DNA of 64,000 nucleotides from Salpingoeca rosetta (GCA_033442325.1 JAWQFM010000029.1:276966-340965), one strand, 5' to 3'. Shown: positions 1 to 19,804, counted from the stretch's first letter. Translations and numbers: made by a program. The notes: a model not told the origin generated them from the sequence alone.

Positions 1-4617
<4,617 letters not shown>

Positions 4618-4825
4618 TGCACAGTTGCTGTGTGTTGTTTGTGTGTGAGTGTGTGTGTGTTGTGTTTTATTTGTGTGTGTGTGTGTTGTTCGTGTGTGTG
4701 TGTGTGTGTTAATTGTGTGTGTACGTGTGTATGTGTGTGAGCGTGTGTCTTCAAAGCGTTTTCTCAATGTTTGCAACTGAATGCGCTGATGTCTCTGCTC
4801 TGCGATCAATGAACACTCCTTTCTT

Positions 4826-5125
<300 letters not shown>

Positions 5126-5195
5126 AACTTTGCAATTTGCAGGCTCTTTGCACGTGCACAATTTGCAAAGACACTCCTGCAAAGACTGATGGGTG

Positions 5196-6566
5196 ATGAG
5201 CGTGCATGTGAGTGCTCAAGGTCAAGGACCACCGCAGCAGCGACGACTGCCCCTGATGCTGGTCCTTGTTGTTGGTGTCGTAATCAGTGCTTTGATGATC
5301 CAGCCGCATGCTGGGGTTTGTGCGCAAGCGCCACCCCAAGCACCAGCGCTGAAGCGCCCGTCCATCACGCGTGACAGCCAAGGTGCCATGCACGTGAACA
5401 CAAGCGACCCAATGCGCGAGCCTGTGTATGTCAACGGGGTCGATGTGTACGGCACCTTGAGCGAGCAGCATCGCGTGATTGCCACTCAGCAGGAGCTCAT
5501 TGATCGCCAAGCAAGCCTGAATCAAGTGCTGCGAAGTACAGTTTCGGCACAGCAGGCTGCAATGAATGCGCTTGAGGCGCAGGTATGCTGGCTGAGGCGC
5601 CCGTTGGCCAGCACCACCACCATCGCCGGCTTGGGAACAGGGTATGAAAAGTATTTCGGCGCGGTCCTTGCCAACAACGGTCTCATCTACGGCATCCCCC
5701 ACACCGCCACCTCCATTCTCGTCGTGGACCCAAGCACCAACAGCGCCAGCACGACCCTGTTTCCTCAGCGGTTTCCAGAACCGAGAAAATGGGCGGATGG
5801 CGTGCTCGCAAACACCGGTCTCATCTACGGCATCCCGTCGCAGTCCAGCGTCGTGCTTATCATCGATCCAGCCATCAACACAGCCGACACCACCAGCATC
5901 ATGGGCCTTGGCTCTGAGCCAGACAAGTGGCACGGCGGTGTTCTGGCCCACAACGGCAAAATCTATGCCGTCCCATATCATTCGCACGCCGTTTTGATCA
6001 TTGATCCCGACACGAACACGGCAGACATCACCAGCATCAAGTCACTGTTTGGTATGTACAAGTGGTCGGGCGGCGTGCTTGCAGGCAACGGCCTCATCTA
6101 CTGCGTTCCCTTCAATGCCCAGCGCGTGCTGATCATCAATCCAGACACCAATACCGCCGACAAGACCACCATACCTGACTTGGAACCCCGCCTGCAGTTC
6201 TCTGGTGCTGTCCTGGCTAACAACGGCCTCATCTATGGTATTCCCCTCCTCGCCGATGACGTGCTCATGATCGACCCCGCAACCAACGCTGTTGACACAA
6301 TCAGCATCACGGGCCTCGTCCCTGCCACCGCAAAGTGGTATGGCGGCGTGCTGGCTCCGAACGGTCAGATTGTCGGCTTTCCCAACCTCGCAGAGACCAT
6401 CCTCATCATCGACCCCGCCACCAACAGCGCCACCACTAACACTAGCTTCCCCCTCTTCAACCCAAGCCTCACAAAGTGGCGCGGTGGTGCTGTTGCCCCC
6501 AGTGGCCTCATCTATGGCATGCCTTATCTCGAGCAGTCTGTCCTCATTATTGACCTGGGTTGCTAA
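5196..6566 (+). CDS. Intronless secreted protein: signal peptide + cubilin-N-like beta module + coiled coil + 7-bladed beta-propeller (KWxGGVLAxNGxIYxIP repeats)
   Basis: Uninterrupted ORF, ATG at 5196; hydrophobic LMLVLVVGVVISALMI; heptad segment LSEQHRVIATQQELIDRQASLNQVLRSTVSAQQAAMNALEAQV; seven ~46-aa repeats ending LIIDPxTNTA. Confidence 0.9.
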   Translation: MSVHVSAQGQGPPQQRRLPLMLVLVVGVVISALMIQPHAGVCAQAPPQAPALKRPSITRDSQGAMHVNTSDPMREPVYVNGVDVYGTLSEQHRVIATQQELIDRQASLNQVLRSTVSAQQAAMNALEAQVCWLRRPLASTTTIAGLGTGYEKYFGAVLANNGLIYGIPHTATSILVVDPSTNSASTTLFPQRFPEPRKWADGVLANTGLIYGIPSQSSVVLIIDPAINTADTTSIMGLGSEPDKWHGGVLAHNGKIYAVPYHSHAVLIIDPDTNTADITSIKSLFGMYKWSGGVLAGNGLIYCVPFNAQRVLIINPDTNTADKTTIPDLEPRLQFSGAVLANNGLIYGIPLLADDVLMIDPATNAVDTISITGLVPATAKWYGGVLAPNGQIVGFPNLAETILIIDPATNSATTNTSFPLFNPSLTKWRGGAVAPSGLIYGMPYLEQSVLIIDLGC

Positions 6567-6884
6567 GGGTGGAAGTCCGTGTGCGTGCATGTGTAGAAAC
6601 TTGCGGATGCATAGCGCTTGTGTGCAGAGTCTGAATGTGTGCGTGGTCTGTGAATGTGTGCGTAGCCTGTGTATGTGCGTAGCTTTTGGGTGGGTGTTTC
6701 TTTGGAGTGGGTGTTTCTTTGGAATGCGAATCTAGTGTACGAGCATCCGCACGTTGTCCTTGTCGTTTGGCGCGCGCTTGTCTTGCAGATGTTGCCTTGT
6801 GTAACATGTACCCTCGCATCGCGTCACAGCCCTTGTCGCACCTCTGTGTGGCAATCACCGATCCTTTGCTCCCCTGTCTTTAGC

Positions 6885-6949
<65 letters not shown>

Positions 6950-7452
6950 TTGTGTTGTGTGTGTGCGTATGTGTGCGTTTGTGTTGTGTGTGTATGTGTG
7001 TGCCTGCCTGCCTGTTTGTCTGTCGCCGCGCGTGTTGGTATGCTGAGGTTGGTTTCACCCTTTGGTTTCATCCTTTGCCACTCACGACAGTAAAACTGAA
7101 GAGAAACTCGAAGTTTATGGCAATGCAGCAATTGCGGGGGGGGGGGGCAAACAGATCTACGGCATCATGGCGCCACCACCACTTGCTCACCAGGCTCGGT
7201 GCAAGCACTCAACATCCCACACACACACACACACACACACATCAGACCAGACACGTTAAGGAACACGAAAGTCCTCAAGCAAATCGGAACGGTGACAAGA
7301 GGACAGAACTTTTGTAACTTCGCAACAGCAGCGTGTGCGACGACACACACCCAACACACACACGCACGCACACACACAGACACACACACACACAGACACA
7401 CACACACACACAGACACACACAGACACACACACACACACACAATATCTATTC

Positions 7453-7689
7453 TCAGTTTGTCGCAAAGGCATCGACGAGCTGAGAAAACTTGGGGCGCTC
7501 TTTCCGACTCTGCGAGACGCAAAGGGCCGTCAACGCCTTGAACCACTCGGGCACGTTTCGCACGGCGTCTGTTGTTGAAAACATCAACACAAGCATCAAC
7601 ACGCAGATCACATGGTCTCGTTCGTGTGAGGAGGACACAACCAAGGCACCCGAACGCATGCAATGAGAAGACTACACAACAGCACAACG

Positions 7690-7746
<57 letters not shown>

Positions 7747-8007
7747 ACACACACACGCACACAAACGCCTTATCGTTTGGCGACTTTACTTTAATTGGAT
7801 CTTAAGTACCGTAGATGAATTTGAAGTGATCCGAGTGCTATCTTATGGTGCTGATGGGAGCCTTCCGATCAGTTCTGTCGGGCAGAGAGGGTTGGATCAG
7901 GAACTCAGCCATACTGCCTTTCGGTAGTCTCATGCTTGCATCTTGGGTTCGGGAAGATCGGGGCATAACCACGAAAGGTGTCAGCCAGACAGTGTACAAT
8001 CAAAAAA

Positions 8008-8068
<61 letters not shown>

Positions 8069-11000
8069 CGTACACAAACACACCCACACGCACACACACA
8101 AGCACCCACACGCACAATACAACACACCCTCGTATCGAAGGCGTTTGCCTTCTCCCAGCAGCACAGTGAGCGTGGCCATCATGGGCCCGCGGAAGCCGGG
8201 GCCTTTTTCCTGCAAGATCAAATCTGGGGTTTGCTGCATCCCCACCTCCCACATGAGCACACCGAAGCTGAACACGTCAGCCGCAAAGTCGTACTCGTTG
8301 CCCAGCAGCACCTCGGGCGCCATGTATAGCGGCGTGCCCACGCCAGCCGTGAGCATCTCGCCCACCATCGTGGTCATGCCCGCCTTCTGCGAGTATGGCG
8401 CGTCGGGCCGCACTGACATGCTGCGCTCACGCAGCGTGGCTGTCTTGCGTGTCAGGCATTGGCGGATAGACCCAAAGTCTGTGATTTTCGCGCGCAAATT
8501 GGCAGACACCAGCACGTTGCCGCTCTTCAGATCACTGCAGTAAGGAAGCGGGGGAATGCGCCAGGGAGGGGGAGGGGAGAAGAAATGGAGCGGAGGGAGA
8601 ACAAAGGGGAGAGAAGGGGAAAGTAGCAGCAAACGCGATGATGGGTGAGCATGGCACAATACACGAATTGAAATCAAAAGGACGAGAGACGAGTGGATTG
8701 TGATGGACTTACCCGCACATACACACACACACACACAAACACATACACACAAACACATACACACAAACACAAACACAGACACAGACACAGACACACAAAC
8801 ACACACACATGCACGCACACACAGACACAGACACACAAACACCCCCCCCCCCCACACACACACACACCTACACACACATACACACATCCACACGTACACA
8901 CATCCACACATCCACACACACACACACACACACACACAAAACAACCCCCATCTCCATCCCCCCAAACACACCCACCGGTGCAGCTGGTCGAGGCTGTGGA
9001 TGAAAGCCATGCCGCTGGCAACGTCGCGCAAGAGCTGCAGTTTAAAGTCCCACACGCTCGTGGTTTCCAGGGCGCGCGCACGGGTTGCCTTATCTGCTGT
9101 CATGTCAACCAGCGTCACCTCATCACCAGGCACATCAAACATCGTCATGTGCTCGCCTTCCTCGTCGTGTTCACCACCCCACGCTTCCCGCACCTCATGC
9201 AGCACCACAGCCAGGTTCTGGCCCAGCAGGTCTTTCAGGGATCCCATCGTCACAAACTCCAGCACCAGGAATGGGCTGCCGTTGGGGTCTGTGCCCGCGC
9301 CGAAGAACCGCACCACGTTGGGGTGCCGTGTGCGCTGCAGGAAGTCCACCTCCTTCTCAAACTCCTGCACCGTGGTCTCGTCAAACATCATCACCCCTTG
9401 CTGCAGCACTTTCACCGCCACCATGACCGTATCCCACTCTGCCTTGAAGACCACGCCAAACGCACCCGCAGCCACTCGCTTGATCATCCTCAACTCATCG
9501 TAGTCAATCTCCCACGCCCGCTTCAGCGCCAGCACCTCCTCGTCCCTCTCCAGCAGCAGGCGCTTCTGCAGGTTGACGTGTGTTCTGAGGCGGTAGTGGC
9601 GGGACATGACGGCAATCACGACGCCCAGCAGAATCCCGGCTGCAACGGAGCCGGCAATGACGGTGACGTTGTGCGAGGGCTTCTGCACGCACTCTGCGTT
9701 CGCCATCTTGTAGCCACGAATGCATGTGCACTTGTACGTGTACGCCAGCACGGTGTCGATGACAAAGGGGTCGATGTCGCTGCGCAGGTCGTGGGAGGAC
9801 AGCTCCAGGTTACACTCGATCCTGGTCTTGGCCAGCTGCAGCACGGGCGGCAAGTTGCGGCTGGGCAGGGCGGTGTCGGCGTTGAGCAGGCGATACTTGG
9901 CGTTCGAGAGCACCGTGAGCGAGGGCGAGGGCGCATCCGGCTGAATCAGGGCGGGCCTGTTCACCCAGTTGTTGTTGGAGACATCAAGGAGCTTCACTTG
10001 GCCAAGGCATGTCTGAACAACGCCGCGGACACTGTCACTGCCGCTCGCCCAATCCTTGGACTTGAGGCGACGGGCAATGAGGAAGCGCGTGCCCAAGGAC
10101 GTACACAGCGGGGTGTTCGGATGCACGCTCGTGCCGGTGATGTCAAGCACATTTACCGCTGCGCCTTCAGACACGTGCAGCGTCGTCAGCTGCTCGCAGT
10201 CAGACACATCGAGCTCGTTGAGGTCGTTTGCGATGCGCACTGTTGTCAGGTTGCTGTTGTGTGAGAGGATGGCTGTGGATGAAACACCATCGCACACCGC
10301 AATGTCGCTGTAGGATGTGTAGGTGATGCCCAGCTCTGTTTTCGCTAACGGGTCGAGGAGGGTGCATACGTGTTCCATCGGCACGTTGTCTTCGTGCATA
10401 CCCCTCCATCCAAGGTAGAGGTTGTGCAGCTTCAGCTCCAGGGCACGCTTTTGGGTCGAGTTGAAGGCTTTGGTGACCTGCGCGATGTTGACGTTGCGCA
10501 AGTCCAGCGTTTGCAAGGACGAGGTTGTGTTGAGGAGCAGTGCGCTCTCGGCAATGATGGCTTTGGACGTCGTATCACGCTTCACGCTCGCGCGCAGAAT
10601 GGTCAGGGAGGAGGTGAGCAAGGAGGTGAGGTTGAGGGTCGCAATCTGGTGTCGCTGCAGGAGGAGGGTTGTGAGGTTTGGCATGTGCTTGATGTTGGGC
10701 GTGCAGGTGAGTTGGTTGTTGCTGATGTCGAGGCGGGTCAAGCTTGGCACGACAGCGGCCACGTTCAGGCTGGCGAACGAGTTGTTGCGGAGGTTCAGCA
10801 CGGAGATGTTTGAGAGGCGGCTGAAGAAACTGCTGGGGAGGTGTGACAGGCGATTGAAGCTCAGGTCAACTGTCGTGAGGTTGCTGCTGGAGGGGAAGAA
10901 TGCATCGGGAAGCACCCTGATACCTGTTCCTGCCAGGTTCAGCACCTGGAGCAGTGTCATATGCTCGAGGATGAACTTGGTGTGATGATGTGCGGTGGCC

Positions 11001-11084
11001 AGCCGGGTGTTGCGCATCGAAAGGTATTGGAGCGAAAACAGGCGACAAAGGAAGCCCGGATTCACTGCTGGGCCATCATCAGCA

Positions 11085-11115
<31 letters not shown>

Positions 11116-12287
11116 TGTTGTTGTTGTTGGCGTTGCTGGCAGGTTCGGTGTTGGTGATGTCCGTGATAAGGGTATGTAGGCGAGGGGCGCAGGTGCGGGC
11201 GTTGGAGACATGCTCGCAAAACGCGAGTTGGTCCACGACCTCGAGCGGGTTGTTGGCGAGGTCAAGCGTTTCAAGCTGGTTGAGGATCAGCGCGTGGGCT
11301 TGGATGCAGCTCACCCTGTTGTCTCTCAGGACGAGGGCAGCTACGTTTGGCACAGGGCCAAATGTGTGTGCATCAAGCGTGGTCAGCTCGTTGCCTGACA
11401 GGTCAAGGTGGCGAAGAGAGCGCAGCAAATGCGGTGTGGCTTGCGGGACTTCTTCGTCATCGGTGTTGGAACGCCCAATGCTGTGAATGTTGTTGTTGGC
11501 CAAGTCAAGGGTGTGCAAGCCCTGAGCCATGTTGAGACCGGAGAATGTGGTCCAGGGCAGGTGAAGGTCCTCGTGCCGCCCGCTCAAGCCACGCACGGTG
11601 AGGGTTTGCAGGTTGCGCCACGAGTTGTTGCTCAGCAGGTGCTCGAGTATGGAGGATTCCAAGTATGGGGCACGGATGTTCAGCTCGATTATGTTGTCCA
11701 CACATGACGGGGGCAGAGTCCAAGTCGTCCGGCTGCCAGCGCTTTCAGTGTCGTCGGCAGGGATGAGGAGTGTGAGGTTGCCGTTGGGATTTTCGGAAGT
11801 GGCTGTTTCTTCGCATCCATCCTTGAGGGCCACATCGATGTTGCAGGCCGCGTTTGTGCTAAGGCGACACTGCTTCATTAGGGGGTGGGGGGTTGAGTGG
11901 TGGCGGTGCGTGATGAGCGGGGTGAGACAAGCAAGCGGACAGCGTGGAGGTGAGCATGGATGGGGTTTGCCACCGCAGAGCACACATATTGTACATTGTG
12001 TGTGTGGAGGAGGGCTCCCATGAATCCATGAATCCATGAATCAATGAATCCATGAATCCATGAATCCACACAACACAACACAACCCAACACAACACACAC
12101 ACACACACACACACTCTCTCTCCCTCTCTCCCGTTCCTTTGCTCTTGCTTACGTGATCTCCTTGGGCAGGCGGGATCATCAGGAGCAGCAGCAGAGGCAA
12201 CAGCAAGCAGAGGGCGGACACGCACAAGGACACCCTCCTCCGTGCGAGCCGCAGTCGTCCTGAGGTGGCGCGGCAAGGCAACGACAT
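7453..12287 (-). CDS. Leucine-rich-repeat single-pass receptor kinase, TKL group (signal peptide-LRRs-EGF-like-TM-kinase)
   Basis: Exons 12287-12153, 11869-8976, 8534-8128, 7568-7453, all phases consistent. LxxLDLSxNxL repeats; CTCIRGYKMANAECV; TM VIAGSVAAGILLGVVIAVM; kinase motifs AAGAFGVV, VAVK, HRDLKSGN (split by an intron), DFG, GTPLYMAPE, DVFSFG, ERP. Confidence 0.93.
12019..12068. repeat. Octamer tandem repeat (CATGAATC)n in intron 1 of the LRR kinase
   Basis: About 6 near-perfect copies. Confidence 0.85.
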
Positions 12288-13345
12288 CGCGGCCGGGTGG
12301 AGTTGCTTTGGTGACTTGTGTTGTTGTGTTGCTGCAGTGAGAGTGGGAAGGAAGACAAGGAGGAGGATGGGAAGGGACGGGAAGGTGCGTTGTTGTGGAG
12401 CGAGATGCCAAGCAGAGACCCTACGACACAAGAGGATTCGCTCCCGTCTTGTGCGAAGCACGCGAACCTGCGGAAAAGTAATGATAAACATTAATAATTG
12501 TCGGAAGGATTTTCAAAAGTTCGCACCGTCACGATAGGCTCACTGCAGTTTGTGGTGCTTGTGACAGGTAAGACTAGAAAAACTGAGTTCAGTTCTTGTT
12601 GGTTGGTTGGTTGGGCGTGGAGATGGCTCACATCTCACACATCGCACCTGTGTGGATATGGTGGTGGGTGCGTCCCATGTCTCACTCATGTCTCGCATGT
12701 CACTCATGCCTCGCGCGTCACACACCAAGCGCTCACCTGCACAACCTCGACGCCTTCTCATCTGAAAGAAGGCGCAATGCATTTCTGCGAAGGTGGGGTT
12801 GCGCGCGCATGTCCCTTTGTGAGTTATGCATTGTGTCGTGACACAGTGTTTGGAAGTGCGAGAAGGTAAGGCAAGGATGTTGTCGGGTTGTCGTCGTTGT
12901 TGTCTTGTTTGAAGTTGTTCAGACGTGTGTGCCTGTTGTGCTTTGCATTGGCCGACCACCAGCTGCCACGTCAGCCTCTATCATCGCACCACTCACACGT
13001 CTCCCACCATCGCCCATATCGTGGCTTGCGCACCTGCAGCCTTGCAGGCTTGCGGCGCGCCAAACAACCGCATTCCTGAACCGTTTGCGCTCGCTCGTCG
13101 CAATAGCCGAGGTACATCGACTAAGTTGCTTATTGCGCAACGATGGCAAGTTGGAGACTGCCAGCGGGTTGGGAGATGTTACCGGCAGGCTGTGCTGTGT
13201 GCGCCCTTTGCCCAATACGCTCGCCTAGTTTGCACACTTGATGACGAATGGAATCTCACACACCGTTTGTCACGCAAGCTAGCTTTTCTCGCCAGCACTC
13301 ACAAGGCATTGGGCTGTTTACATTTTCCGCGGTGTGTGCACGAAT

Positions 13346-15557
<2,212 letters not shown>

Positions 15558-16501
15558 AGTGCAACGAGTGGACCTCTCATCCAAGGAGCGGTGGTCCTTT
15601 CGTCCAGCAAGCATCTCTTCCACTCGCAGCGTTCCTGCTGCTGTGCTGGGACTTGTCTTCTTCCTGTTAATTGTGGCCCAAGCTGTACGCGGGGTCACAA
15701 CATCGACAACCCACCACACCAAGCTTTCTTCAAGAGCGCACTCGCCCTTCCTGCCATGCCGCTCACATTGCATCTACTTTGGGGGTTGAAGTTTGTACAT
15801 GCCACTTTGTGGCTGCTCACTCATCCCCTCCTTTCCCTGTTGTGGAGTTTTGATGGTGCGCTCATCATCATCCCCACGCAACACAACACAACACAACACA
15901 ACACTCATTTGCTTGCTGTTGTTGGTGTTGGTGTTGTTGTTGTTGTTACTTATTGGTCTTTCGATCAAACCAGGTCCCCTTGTTGTGCTGTTGCGCCAAC
16001 ATGCACCTGATACCTAGTTTGCTGGTTGTTTTGTGTTTGTGTGTGTGTATGTGTGTATGTGCTTTTGGTGGCTGGTGCGTGATGCCACCACCACAACATA
16101 CACACACACACACACACCACCACCACCACCACCACCACCTCCTCCTCCGTGGTTGTTATTGTCCACTCTTAACAATCGTTGATTGCTTAAACACGCGCCT
16201 GCCTGTTTCGTGCCGAAGTGACACGTTAGCGTGTCTGTGTGAATGTTGTGTGTCTGTGTGAATGTTGTGTTCGTTCTGCTGCCCTGGCCACTGTTGCCTT
16301 GGTCCGCTACCTGCTGCTTCCTACTAGCCTACTGCTCCCCGTGGGCATTCACTTTGCAACATTGTGAAGGAATGCCCCTCTTCTTACACCCTGCGGAACG
16401 CTGGCATGCTTCACAATAAACGGTCTTGCCGTTTTCCTTTGATGCTGGCTGGAGCGAGAGGCGAGAACGTTGGGGGCAGAGGCAAGGGGAGGGGAGGAAG
16501 A

Positions 16502-16979
<478 letters not shown>

Positions 16980-17335
16980 AACCCCAGACACAAACGCAAC
17001 ACCCTGAATTCAGCCGCAGTCTCATTCGCAGCCCTTGACGATCTTCCTTGGTCCTTTTCGCACGCACTCGAGGCACAACAAGGCGAACAAAGAAATTTGT
17101 GTTTGGCTTCACAGTGCACCCACCCACTTTCAACCACACCTCTTTCTTTGTTGTCCGTTTGTCTCTTTGTCCTTGCCCTCGTCTTCTCGTCGAGACACCA
17201 CGCGATCGTTCTTGGCTTCGCTCGTCGAGTTCCCAAGCCCCCCTGTTCCATTTCTTCTTCTTCCAAGCGCTCAAGCAAGCAAGCACTTCTCACTGTCAGT
17301 CTCCTCCCCCCTTCCAGCCTTCCCGCACCGCCACC

Positions 17336-18892
17336 ATGTCCTGCGCTGTCCTCGGCATGTTTGCGGTCTGTGCTGTCCTCCTGTTGACTGTGGCCACGAC
17401 CGCATGCTTTGGTTTGGGCGCCAGCGACGCTCCGAAGCTGTTCAGCGACAAGTACGGCAACCTGCACGTGTCCACGTTTGGGGACCAGCGCGTCTTCGTC
17501 AACGACATTGACCTGTCGCAGCTGAGCCATGTCCTGGAAGAGACGCGCCGGTGCACGCTCGACGGGTCAGCCTTCGACCGAAACGCCAGCACCACGAGCA
17601 CGGACGACGGCGTCCAGCGCACGGCTCGCGTGTGGTCCGCCAAGCAGCTGAATGTGACAACCGCCAGCAGCCGCATCAACGACATCTCCTATGACCCCAC
17701 CACCAACTCCATTGTGGCGGCGGGCCACACGGAGGGGTTCGTGTTCCGCGAGTCGCAGGGCGGCAAGGACATGCTCGTGTTCAAGATGAGCCTGGACACG
17801 CCCGAGGCAGAGATGCTGTGGGCGCAGCAGATTGGATGGGCGCACGACGACGAGGCTCGTGGCGTCGTGTTTGATCCGCGCTACAACGGCGTTTACGTTG
17901 TCGGTGTCTCTGATAGCCAAACGTTCACGGGGCACACAGACGATTCGTCTTACCCTGGCATGGCCTTCATCGTTGATGGCGAAACTGGCACTGTGCTGGG
18001 CACCAACCAGCGATTGCAGTTCACCACAATCAATGCCGTGACTGTGGCGCACGATTTAAATGATCAGAGTAGGGTGTTGCCATCATTTGTGGGTTGCATC
18101 GCGACCGCAAGTACAATTGCGTTCTTTTCGTACATTTCAGAGAAAGCACCCAGACGGACTCGCTTTGGCAGCCCGAGCGCTGCGGACCTGTTGGCAGTCG
18201 CCCGGCCCATTGGCAACTCCGACGACATCCTGTTTGCTGCTGGCTGGTCAGCCACAACGTATTTTGGTGAGCTGTATGGCATGACGGATGTACTCATCGC
18301 CAAGGGAACGAGAGACAACCCAAACGATCCGCCGTACACGTGGGGAGTGCACGTTGGCACGCCAGGTTTTGATCGTGCAGAGGCGGTTGCAGTGAACGGC
18401 AGCAGCACAGACGTCGTCTATGTTGCAGGCTACACGCGAGGGGCGTTTCCCAACAACGACAACCAGGGTCGTGACGACGCGTTTGTGCTTGCATTTGACG
18501 CAAGCAACGTAGACTCAACGCCCATCACCGGCAACGACCGTCTCCTGTGGTGCACGCAGTTTGGAACAGAGCACATTGACCGCGCCCACGCCATGGTGTA
18601 CGACGCGCAGAGCGAGCTGCTATACGTTGCAGGGTTCACGGATGGGTCGCTGCACGGAAACATGCGGGAGGGCACGCGCGACCTGTTTGTGACGGCCGTG
18701 TCACCGGTGGATGGCGGCATTGTGTGGACGCTCCAAGATGGTGTTGCAGGCATGAAGGCACACGCGCTGTCACTGGAGGTGCTTGATGGCGGCGAGACGT
18801 TGGCTGTGGGTGGATATGTCAGCACCCAAGGCGCATCGGGTCTTGCTCGCGAACAAGGCTTTGTCGTCACCTACAAGATCACGACAGACTGA
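17336..18892 (+). CDS. Intronless secreted protein: signal peptide + cubilin-N-like module + SBBP-type beta-propeller
   Basis: GCCACCATG start context; hydrophobic N-terminus; repeats such as VYVAGYTRGAFPNNDNQGRDDAFVLAFD...LWCTQFGTEHIDRAHAMVYD and LYVAGFTDGSLHGNMREGTRDLFV, which match the SBBP propeller pattern of bacterial surface proteins. Confidence 0.88.
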   Translation: MSCAVLGMFAVCAVLLLTVATTACFGLGASDAPKLFSDKYGNLHVSTFGDQRVFVNDIDLSQLSHVLEETRRCTLDGSAFDRNASTTSTDDGVQRTARVWSAKQLNVTTASSRINDISYDPTTNSIVAAGHTEGFVFRESQGGKDMLVFKMSLDTPEAEMLWAQQIGWAHDDEARGVVFDPRYNGVYVVGVSDSQTFTGHTDDSSYPGMAFIVDGETGTVLGTNQRLQFTTINAVTVAHDLNDQSRVLPSFVGCIATASTIAFFSYISEKAPRRTRFGSPSAADLLAVARPIGNSDDILFAAGWSATTYFGELYGMTDVLIAKGTRDNPNDPPYTWGVHVGTPGFDRAEAVAVNGSSTDVVYVAGYTRGAFPNNDNQGRDDAFVLAFDASNVDSTPITGNDRLLWCTQFGTEHIDRAHAMVYDAQSELLYVAGFTDGSLHGNMREGTRDLFVTAVSPVDGGIVWTLQDGVAGMKAHALSLEVLDGGETLAVGGYVSTQGASGLAREQGFVVTYKITTD

Positions 18893-18897
18893 GCACG

Positions 18898-18898
<1 letters not shown>

Positions 18899-18992
<94 letters not shown>
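18899..18992 (+). repeat. (GT)n microsatellite immediately after the stop codon of gene 5
   Basis: Direct inspection. Confidence 0.95.
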
Positions 18993-18994
<2 letters not shown>

Positions 18995-19182
18995 TGCGTG
19001 CGTTCATGTACATGTCCTGCCTGCGTTTGTTCGTGTCCATCCCTCCCTCTCTTCCCTCCTCAACCCTCGTTCTTCTTTCGTTCAGTGCTTCACAAAGATT
19101 CAATCAAGATCACAGGCAACAACCACGGGCACCACCCACAGTCACCAATCAAGAAGAAGGTTGGAGGTAACATGAGCAGAAA

Positions 19183-19238
<56 letters not shown>

Positions 19239-19804
19239 ACACAACCTTGCACATGGCGCAAGGTACTAAGCATATGACGCCGTAAGCCGACCATCAACAA
19301 ACCACTTTGGGGGCGCGACTGGCACGCACGAGTGATGACCAACCCTTCCAACCAGCCAAACACATTCCAAGTCGCACGACACACATGCAACCAACATGCA
19401 TGCGGCGACACAACAACAAAAGAAACACCACGACGGTCGCTGACACAAACAACACGAAACTTCACGCACGTGCAATGCACCACGGCGGGTGACAGTTCCG
19501 GTCACATCACAAACACATGAAAGATAGAAACGCAGCTGCATGCAGCCAAAACAACGAAAAGAACAAATCAAAATGACAAACAAAGGGAGCGCAGACAAAC
19601 ACACGCATGCGTAGCGTGCATGTGCGTGTGCACGTGCGTGTGCGCATGTGCATGTGTGGTGTGTGTAGTTCGTCGCTTCAACACAAGCGAAACCATAACC
19701 AAACGCACACGCTCACCCACACATGAGACGCAAACAACACATGAACAAGGCACACGACAGTGTCGCCTGCTGCCTCGCAGCACAGGTCCTTATGCTGTGC
19801 CCAT

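Noticed and set aside
7845-7985. Hammerhead ribozyme (CTGATG...GAAA)
   Set aside because: The core is CTGATGG rather than CTGANGA, and the three stems could not be assembled.
8128-9500. Receptor tyrosine kinase call
   Set aside because: The catalytic loop HRDLKSGN and GTPLYMAPE are TKL/Ser-Thr type, not HRDLAARN/PxxW.
8693-10264. 523-aa + strand ORF
   Set aside because: Antisense shadow of the GC-rich kinase exon; no domain features.
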